From NCBI GenBank assembly GCA_965140415.1, contig OZ223209.1, positions 3,808,001-3,872,000 on the forward strand: a stretch of 64,000 bases of DNA, written 5' to 3'. This DNA comes from Myxococcota bacterium (GTDB taxonomy: Bacteria; Myxococcota_A; SURF-8). The notes beneath the pieces are model-generated. The model was not told where the DNA came from. It did not search any database and worked only from the letters and a program-made list of their open reading frames with translations. Below are positions 57,150 to 64,000 of this stretch, piece after piece. The first letter of the stretch is position 1. Every line of letters begins with the position of its first letter. Made by a program: the position numbers and the translations under genes.

Positions 57150-58091
57150 CTAGAAATCCGCGCCGATGTTGAAGCTGTAATTGTAGACGTTCGCGCTGGT
57201 TACAATGACTTCCGGCGCGAGGTATACATACGTGGCGATCAGGCGCAGGCCGAAGAAGCCGCGATGAATGATGGGTTCCTGCTGGTCCAGTTTAAGCAGG
57301 ATGCCGTTGTTGTTCGAATCGAAACTGGGGTTTAACACGCGCGGCGCGGCGATGGCGTAAACCAGGCTGTAACCGGCATAGGGAGCCAGCTTGATGAAGC
57401 CGCCCAATCCCCAATTGTAGGAGATGTGCAGATCCCAACTGAACAGGTCCATCTCCATGTCGTTACTGCCGAATAAATGGCTGTAGTTCATTTGAATCGC
57501 CATGTCCGGCACGTAGGGGTGAATGTTCTCGACAAAGGCGAACTTGCCTTCGATGCCCAGCAGATACATTTCGGTGTTGATGATGTAGGTGCCGATGAAG
57601 CCGATTTCAAAGGACATCGGCAGGCCCTTGCGCACGTGCAGTTGCACGGTATCCAGATGGCCGGGCGCATCGGTGGCCTTGGAACGCTTGCCGTTACGCA
57701 CCGGGTTCAAATCGAGGTTGTGTTCCACACCGCTCAGGGCATCGTCCCAGTAATGACAGGCTTTGGGGTTGGTGGCGCTGCCGCAGTTGTTGTCGTCGGG
57801 AATGTCGTTGTAGCTGTATTCCATGCTCACGTTCCAGCCCGACCAGCCCAGGGTGTCGGCAGTGGCGTGGTATTTGGGTGAGAGCACGGCGGCCAGTTGC
57901 TCGGCGAATTTGTCGAACTTGGCGTTATCCGGAATGGCTGTGAGGCCATCGGAGGAAGCCAGGCAGGTTCCGTTAGCCGCCCGGTCGCAAAAACGCCACA
58001 GCGACAAATCGTATTTTGCAGCGTGGACGGGCGCGGCAAACAGCAGCAGCGCGATCACAGCCAACAGAATCGGAAAAGACATCTTGCGCAT
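57150..58091 (-). CDS. Probable outer-membrane beta-barrel protein (myxobacterial-type, VRKGLP motif)
   Basis: Signal peptide, HVRKGLPMSFEIG, LAPYAGY, terminal FNIGADF. Confidence 0.7.
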   Translation of the reverse strand: MRKMSFPILLAVIALLLFAAPVHAAKYDLSLWRFCDRAANGTCLASSDGLTAIPDNAKFDKFAEQLAAVLSPKYHATADTLGWSGWNVSMEYSYNDIPDDNNCGSATNPKACHYWDDALSGVEHNLDLNPVRNGKRSKATDAPGHLDTVQLHVRKGLPMSFEIGFIGTYIINTEMYLLGIEGKFAFVENIHPYVPDMAIQMNYSHLFGSNDMEMDLFSWDLHISYNWGLGGFIKLAPYAGYSLVYAIAAPRVLNPSFDSNNNGILLKLDQQEPIIHRGFFGLRLIATYVYLAPEVIVTSANVYNYSFNIGADF

Positions 58092-58237
58092 AGGAACCCC
58101 TTTTGTCCCAGACTGTGGGTGCATGTGGTAACTTAGGCGTAACCTATCAAAAACATTGCATTTTGTCAAGTCACACGATGGAAGCCGCAACAGCGGACGC
58201 CCATGCAAATACCGCGAATTTCTTTCATACCAGGGGC

Positions 58238-60175
58238 TTAGTTCCCTGAAATCGCGTCCTTCGACAGAATCTTGAATTCAACCCGGTTGTTTTCCTCGCG
58301 TCCCTTGCGAGTGCGATTGCTGGCGATCGGCTGCTCACTGCCAATACCAACCGCCTTGACCGTGCCCTCTGCCAATCCATGATTGACCAGATAGGCCTTT
58401 ACCATCTGCGCACGCGCCAGCGACAATTCCTTTTGAATCTTCTCGCTTACACCTGCGTCCGTGTGGCTTTCGACGATCAACAGACCATAAGAACCGTGCG
58501 CCTTGATCGTTTGTACGATCTGGTCCAGCAGCGAGAAACTGCTGCGCTTGAGCAGAGCGGCGGCTGGCTCGAATTCGACCTTGGCCTTCAGTTCCAGTCG
58601 GTCGCCCTTGTCGATGACCACGACTTCGCCCTCATCCGGGCAGCCGTCGGCGTCTTCATTTCCGTTGATGGTTTCCGGCTGCACCGGGCAGCGGTCGTCG
58701 GCATCGAGTACGCCGTCGCGGTCGTTATCCGGTTCGGGACAGCCATCCTCATCCTGGAAGAAGTCCTTGTCTTCGACTTCGTTGGGGCATTGATCGCTCG
58801 TATCCAGAATACCGTCCTTATCGTTGTCCGGATCGGGACAGCCATCCTCGTCTTCAAAGCCGTCTTTGTCTTCGGCCTGCAACATGCACTGATCCTGGAT
58901 GTCCTCGATGCCGTCCTCATCCGTATCCAAATCCGGGCAACCGTCTTTATCGCGGTCGCCGTCCTTATCTTCGGCGGCCATCGGGCACTGATCCTGAATA
59001 TCCGGGATGCCGTCCATATCGTTGTCGGTGTCCGGGCAACCATCCGAATCGCGATAGTCGTCTTTGTCTTCGGCTTCATCCGGGCATTGATCGACCGCAT
59101 CCAGCAGGCCGTCTTCGTCGTTATCCGGGTCGGGACAGCCGTCTTCGTCTTTAAAGCCGTCCACATCCTCCGGTTGATCGATGCACTGGTCCACTTCGTC
59201 GATCGAGCCGTCTTTATCCTGATCGGGTTTATCCCAATTCCATCCGAGGTTCACGAAGAATCCCGCCGGACCAACACCGTAACCGCTGTTCAACCCGACT
59301 TCCACCGCCGCCGATACGCTGATGCCATACTGCTCCACGAGGTAGCGCGCTCCCAGATCCAGGAACAAGGGATTGTTGAAGCGTTGGTTGAAAGGTTCCT
59401 CTGCCAGCGTCGAACCACGGAATTCCAGCAGTGCGGATAAATTCTCGATTGGCGTGAAATATTGCGCACCTATCGCAAAGAGCAGTTCATCATCGATCTG
59501 CTGAGAGAACTTGCTGCCGCCATTCGGGGTGATGATTTCATAAACCTTCACTTCATCGCGGATGCGATAACCCACATTCGCCGCGAGCAGCACCGGGCCC
59601 ACCTGACCATCCACAACCAGAACGAATTCCGCACCCACACCGTGATTGCCGAAATAGCTGCCTTCGTCGCCACTTGGGAAAACCAGGGTCGTGACCAAAG
59701 CCAGACCGACCGGCCATTTTTCGCGATCCAACGCACGGAATTTCTGATGCAAGCGGAAATCGCCGAAGGCCGATGTGCTGATGCCACGGTCGGCCTCGAA
59801 ACCATCGCCGTTCTGATAAAGCAGCACCGGCAGATCGAAACCGGCTTCGTAGTAATCGCAAAACGCCATGGCGAAAGTCAGATCCATTTTCAGGCGGTCG
59901 CCGATCAACTCCTTGGTTTCACGGCTTGTACGATCACCGGCAAGCTGAGTCATTACCAGCGGTTGGTTCATGTAGTGCAAGTACAGACCGGCGCCAAGCC
60001 GGTATTGAGGATACATCTGGCTGCTGTGCATGGTGAGCAGGCCGTAATTATCCATCGGCGGGTTGAATGCGTTGGCATCGAACTCCTGGCTTTGCGCCAG
60101 CACCGGCGTCGACAAAGACAACAGCGCCAACGACGCCAGAAAGGCTATCACATACCATGAACCCCGAAACTGCAT
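58238..60175 (-). CDS. OmpA-family protein with N-terminal beta-barrel and thrombospondin type 3 repeats (TraB-like architecture)
   Basis: Six D.D.DG..D..DQCP...ED.DG..D.DGCP units; HTD, LS.ARA..V..YL, G.G...PIASN, NNRVEF. Confidence 0.9.
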   Translation of the reverse strand: MQFRGSWYVIAFLASLALLSLSTPVLAQSQEFDANAFNPPMDNYGLLTMHSSQMYPQYRLGAGLYLHYMNQPLVMTQLAGDRTSRETKELIGDRLKMDLTFAMAFCDYYEAGFDLPVLLYQNGDGFEADRGISTSAFGDFRLHQKFRALDREKWPVGLALVTTLVFPSGDEGSYFGNHGVGAEFVLVVDGQVGPVLLAANVGYRIRDEVKVYEIITPNGGSKFSQQIDDELLFAIGAQYFTPIENLSALLEFRGSTLAEEPFNQRFNNPLFLDLGARYLVEQYGISVSAAVEVGLNSGYGVGPAGFFVNLGWNWDKPDQDKDGSIDEVDQCIDQPEDVDGFKDEDGCPDPDNDEDGLLDAVDQCPDEAEDKDDYRDSDGCPDTDNDMDGIPDIQDQCPMAAEDKDGDRDKDGCPDLDTDEDGIEDIQDQCMLQAEDKDGFEDEDGCPDPDNDKDGILDTSDQCPNEVEDKDFFQDEDGCPEPDNDRDGVLDADDRCPVQPETINGNEDADGCPDEGEVVVIDKGDRLELKAKVEFEPAAALLKRSSFSLLDQIVQTIKAHGSYGLLIVESHTDAGVSEKIQKELSLARAQMVKAYLVNHGLAEGTVKAVGIGSEQPIASNRTRKGREENNRVEFKILSKDAISGN

Positions 60176-60317
60176 GGTTCCTCCGCTTTGGTCTATTGCA
60201 CGCATAAAAAAGCACTTTATCATTACATCAGGCACTTGAATTTGTAAAGAAATTAGCGGTCTGCGCCAGAAGTTGAATCGCGATGAGGCAGAATTTTGCA
60301 ATCTTTTTACATAAAAC

Positions 60318-61901
60318 CTATCGGCTTCGCCGCGCCCGACGACGCAGCATGGAGGTCAATTCCCCAAACTCCTGACACCTGAATAACCGTGTCAACCCGG
60401 CGTATAGCGCGGCGCATAGTAACACGATGGGGAGCAGACCACCAATGAGTTGCAGGCGCGAGCAGGATGCATTCAGATCCAGCCAGCCCACCAGATAGTA
60501 CGCAAGCGCTCCCATCACGGCGCAGGCAAGCAAAATGCGTCCCAACGACGCAAAAACCTGCCCCCAAGCCAGCCCACCGACTCGCACTGAGAAATAGGCA
60601 ATCAACACGATAACTTGCGCAAACACCGATACGCTATTGGCTAAAGCGATGCCGCCCTGATCCAGGTGAATCGCAAATACCAGACTGCATGCAATATTGA
60701 CAAGTGTCGCCACAACGGCGGCTTTGACCGGGGTAATCATGTCTTTCATCGAATAGAACACCGGCACCAGAATGCGACTGGCCCCGATAAAGTACAAGCC
60801 TGCCGCGTGGAACAGAAACGCATGGGCGGTCATTTGAATGGAGACGGCATCGAAGCGACCCGTTCGGAACAGCAGCGCGATCAGCGGTTCGCGGATCATG
60901 ATCAGACCGATGGCCGCCGGAATGGTTATATAAGCCACCAGTCGCAAGGCAAATTCCAAGGTGTCCCGAAACTCCTGCATTTTTCCGTCGCGCACGAAAA
61001 TCGCGAAGGTCGGCAGCACCGCCGTGCTGATGGCAATTACGAACACGCCCAGCGTGAATTCCTCCAAACGCGACGAATACTGCAAGGCACTCACAGCCCC
61101 GTCGGAAAGGTAGGTGGCAATCATCTGAGAAATCACAACGTTGATCTGGTAGACGCCTGCTCCCAGAATACCGGGAGCCATCAAGGAAAGAATGCGCCGG
61201 ACGGCCTTGTCTCCGAAACGGAAACTGGGGCGCAATGTCAACCCGGCTTTTTTAAGGTATGGAAGCTGAAAGAACAACTGCAAACTGCCACCCAGCATCA
61301 CACCCAACGCGAAAGCGTAGACAGGCTTTTCAAAAGCCCAGCCTAACAGCAACGCACATAAGATCACGCTGATATTCAACAGAATGGGAGTAAAGGCGCT
61401 TGGACCGAAGACCTTGAAACTGTTTAAAACAGCCTGCACGACGGCAGCCAACCCGATAAACAACAGGTAGAAAAACATGTACTGAGTCAATTCGACGGTC
61501 AGTGCCAGTTTTTCCGGGTTGGAGGCGAATCCGCGCGCAAACAGTTCCCGCACCAGGGGATCCGCAAACACAACGAACAACAGACACAACACGGTTAGCA
61601 GAAATGTGAAAAGCGTGAAAAAGGCGTTGACGACTTCGTTCAATCTTGCCGTGCCACCCGCCTTATGCTCGTCTAAAAACACCGGCACGGCGGCGGCGGA
61701 CATCGACCCCTCCCCCACCAGGCGGCGAAAGAGATTCGGGATCATGAACGCCATGGTAAAGGCATCGGCCATCAGACTGGTACCCAGGAAATGAGCGCGT
61801 ACGATTTCACGCACCAACCCCAGCACGCGGCTGAACATCGTGAACAATCCCATGATGGAGGCGGCCTTGACCAGCCCTTTCTGCGTGGCTTGCTTATCCA
61901 A
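60318..61901 (-). CDS. murJ: Lipid II flippase MurJ (MviN)
   Basis: SRVLGLVRE, ADAF..AF.IPNLFRRLVGEG, GG.LQL..QLP, multiple TM helices. Confidence 0.95.
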   Translation of the reverse strand: MDKQATQKGLVKAASIMGLFTMFSRVLGLVREIVRAHFLGTSLMADAFTMAFMIPNLFRRLVGEGSMSAAAVPVFLDEHKAGGTARLNEVVNAFFTLFTFLLTVLCLLFVVFADPLVRELFARGFASNPEKLALTVELTQYMFFYLLFIGLAAVVQAVLNSFKVFGPSAFTPILLNISVILCALLLGWAFEKPVYAFALGVMLGGSLQLFFQLPYLKKAGLTLRPSFRFGDKAVRRILSLMAPGILGAGVYQINVVISQMIATYLSDGAVSALQYSSRLEEFTLGVFVIAISTAVLPTFAIFVRDGKMQEFRDTLEFALRLVAYITIPAAIGLIMIREPLIALLFRTGRFDAVSIQMTAHAFLFHAAGLYFIGASRILVPVFYSMKDMITPVKAAVVATLVNIACSLVFAIHLDQGGIALANSVSVFAQVIVLIAYFSVRVGGLAWGQVFASLGRILLACAVMGALAYYLVGWLDLNASCSRLQLIGGLLPIVLLCAALYAGLTRLFRCQEFGELTSMLRRRARRSR

Positions 61902-62116
61902 TACGGTTTCCTGTATGATGCATCGATTGGTTATCGATATAATGAATAGATTGGTAGCAAAGCTTTCCGATCAAGTCAAGACCGGAATTTTTGACAGCCA
62001 TCAGCCGAACGCCTATGATAATCGAAGATCGTAGGAGCCGATCCCGAAAGGGTGGACCGAATAGGACGTTCGAAAGGCGAGCCGCACAAGGCTCGACGGG
62101 AGTGAAAGGAACGCGA

Positions 62117-63553
62117 ATGAAGCGCAGGGCATTGGTTATCCTGTTGTTATTGGTGCTACTGGTTGCCTGTGACCGCCCGGAACGCGAAACAGGAAAGCGA
62201 AAACCATTGGAAAAATCGCTTGCGGCGGCGGCGGAATCCGTTCCCAAGGTCAAACCGGTCGAACGCACCTCCAAACCAAAACCGTTGCGCTTTAACCTGG
62301 AGGTCCGGGTTATTCGCAGTGAAGCTTTTTTCATGCCGGACACGCAGGCGGTGAAGAAACCTCAAGATCAACAACCAGAATCGCCATCTGCCGCCGTACA
62401 AGACAGCAATCGCGATCAAGCGGCGGAAAAGGGTTCTTCGAAGACTTCCGGAAAGAAACATCGTTTTCAATTGGGAGATCCGGTTCAGATCGTCGGACGC
62501 CAAGGAGAGCGCCTGCTGATCGACTCACGCGTTCTCGGCAAAGGGAGCATCGCTTTTTGCGATACGGACTATGCCTTGACGCTGGGCGCGATGAAAGGAC
62601 GTTCGGGTGCGATCCCGCCTTCGGAACGACAAACCGCCAAAGAACTTTATCTCGACTGCTGGCGTCAATGGAGCCGAGACGATTCGCTGGGAGTGGTGAT
62701 CGCACGAGACAAGCAACTGGCCAAACAACCATCCGATATCGGAAAAAAGGAAAACGGCGCAGATCTGAAACTCTGGTGGGTACTGGATATCCTTGAACAG
62801 GCCAAAACGGCGGACGGCGTCGGGGCATATCTTGTCCGTTTGCGAGATAAACAGAAAGGCTGGATCTCGGCTCGCTATCTGATGAAAGGCGGTGCGGAAG
62901 GCTGGCATTTCACACAACGCCGCACCACGATTCAGTTATTCAATCCGCTACCGGGTGAAAGTCGTTTACAAGACATCTGGGAAACGGATCAAGCCTATAG
63001 CGAACCCAAAGCGCTGAGCCTTGGGCAATCATCCGATCAGCAGGGCATTGCCGTAGATCAACTCTACGCGGCCCGCACGCGCAACCAGCTTCCCTGGGTA
63101 GCTCCAATCGAACTGCGCACCATGACGATCAAGCAGGTATTGGAATATGTTGAAGGCACCTGGTACCCGGCAAATTACCGATACCCGGAAATGCTGCCGT
63201 TGACCTGCCAACAACTGCCCTCATCCTTGAAGCTGACCCGCAAAGGCAAGATGACCTTGCAGGTGGGTCAGGAACATGTGGAATTGGACTCTAGCGGCCA
63301 GGAGATCGTAGCCGAAGGACTGAGCCGCTGGTTGATGATCGATCCCGTCACGAAGCAGAGCACTCGCATGATGGATCTGAGTTGGATCGTCTGGCAGGAA
63401 AATCAAATCTCCACCCAATGGGGATTCGATGAGTACATGCAGGCTGAACCTCCAGGCTTATGGGTTCGCATGAATGAAGATGAACGCCTGCTCACGGAAA
63501 CGAGGCTACGAAAAGAACTCGGCTGCCCGGAATCGGATCAGGAACAGGACTAA
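62117..63553 (+). CDS. Hypothetical lipoprotein
   Basis: AAAGGA RBS, MKRRAL...LVAC lipobox; possible SH3-like segment (YLVRL...KGWISARYL). Confidence 0.75.
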   Translation: MKRRALVILLLLVLLVACDRPERETGKRKPLEKSLAAAAESVPKVKPVERTSKPKPLRFNLEVRVIRSEAFFMPDTQAVKKPQDQQPESPSAAVQDSNRDQAAEKGSSKTSGKKHRFQLGDPVQIVGRQGERLLIDSRVLGKGSIAFCDTDYALTLGAMKGRSGAIPPSERQTAKELYLDCWRQWSRDDSLGVVIARDKQLAKQPSDIGKKENGADLKLWWVLDILEQAKTADGVGAYLVRLRDKQKGWISARYLMKGGAEGWHFTQRRTTIQLFNPLPGESRLQDIWETDQAYSEPKALSLGQSSDQQGIAVDQLYAARTRNQLPWVAPIELRTMTIKQVLEYVEGTWYPANYRYPEMLPLTCQQLPSSLKLTRKGKMTLQVGQEHVELDSSGQEIVAEGLSRWLMIDPVTKQSTRMMDLSWIVWQENQISTQWGFDEYMQAEPPGLWVRMNEDERLLTETRLRKELGCPESDQEQD

Positions 63554-63650
63554 GCGTCCATTCAAGTCAAAGTATGGCCTTTTTGCTGGGTTTGGGCTAT
63601 GATTTCACATCGGCCCCAACCGGGTGGGGAATAGGATCAGGAGAGAAATC

Positions 63651-64000
63651 ATGGCGGCAATCGACCCTTATCTTAAAGTAATGCTGGAACGTGGCGCATC
63701 GAAACTGGTTTTAGTGCCGGGTCGCAAACCGACTCTTTCAGTAAACGGCGCTCCTTCCGAACTGGGGCAGTCGATTCCCGGCGGTCAAATCAAAGCCGTG
63801 GTCTTGCAGATCATGCCACCGGGAGTTCAAGGCGTTTTTCGTCGAGGCGACAAGGTGACATTCGATTATAGCTCCGAGGGAGTTCTCTTTTCGGTTGTGA
63901 CGCAGACCGTTGGAGAAGGTGCACAAGTCGCTTTCCAATGTAGGCAAAACACACCAGCCGTAGAATCCGTACCGCTTTCGGAGCCGACGCCCCAACCGGC
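63651..64000 (+). CDS. 5' end of a PilT/PilU-like ATPase (partial, runs off window)
   Basis: AGGAG RBS; MAAIDPYLKVMLERGASKLVLVPGRKPTLSVNG resembles the PilT N-terminal domain; not in the ORF track. Confidence 0.55.
   Translation, partial: MAAIDPYLKVMLERGASKLVLVPGRKPTLSVNGAPSELGQSIPGGQIKAVVLQIMPPGVQGVFRRGDKVTFDYSSEGVLFSVVTQTVGEGAQVAFQCRQNTPAVESVPLSEPTPQP

Noticed and set aside
57150-60175. TraA/TraB outer-membrane exchange locus
   Set aside because: The TSP3-OmpA protein has TraB-like architecture, but no adjacent TraA-like gene with a MYXO-CTERM is present and such OmpA proteins are common

Overview
Bacterial DNA, probably Myxococcota/deltaproteobacterial (inferred from Cys-rich MopE-like repeat lipoproteins, a TSP3-OmpA protein and a PilT-like gene). 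About 1-17126 is the right part of a composite genomic island inserted in the Walker A motif of comM; a symmetric serine-recombinase att site is visible at 17116-17137. The island carries a catalytic-domain-only tyrosine recombinase, two paralogous ~105-aa genes with a duplicated promoter, and a truncated resolvase. It also has a ~400-nt structured repeat RNA candidate (stem + GGATTACAACGA units, ending in a terminator) and a highly structured leader ahead of a large serine recombinase with Thr at the catalytic Ser position and a fused CxCGCG/MerR-like HTH tail. Further island cargo: an internally deleted TIR-like gene, a DUF1566 lipoprotein, IS3 debris, and a two-component/TolC/MacAB-like module bracketed by 177-bp direct repeats. 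The rest looks like host chromosome rich in surface lipoproteins with Asp-Gly-Asp linkers (clostripain- and papain-like proteases, FGE-sulfatase/DUF1566 domains, a 4.2-kaa protein with ~53 Cys repeats, GH5 hydrolase). It also holds a PP2C phosphatase, an LCIB-like carbonic anhydrase candidate, murJ and GTAG-type REP elements. All calls come from reading motifs by eye; no database search was run.
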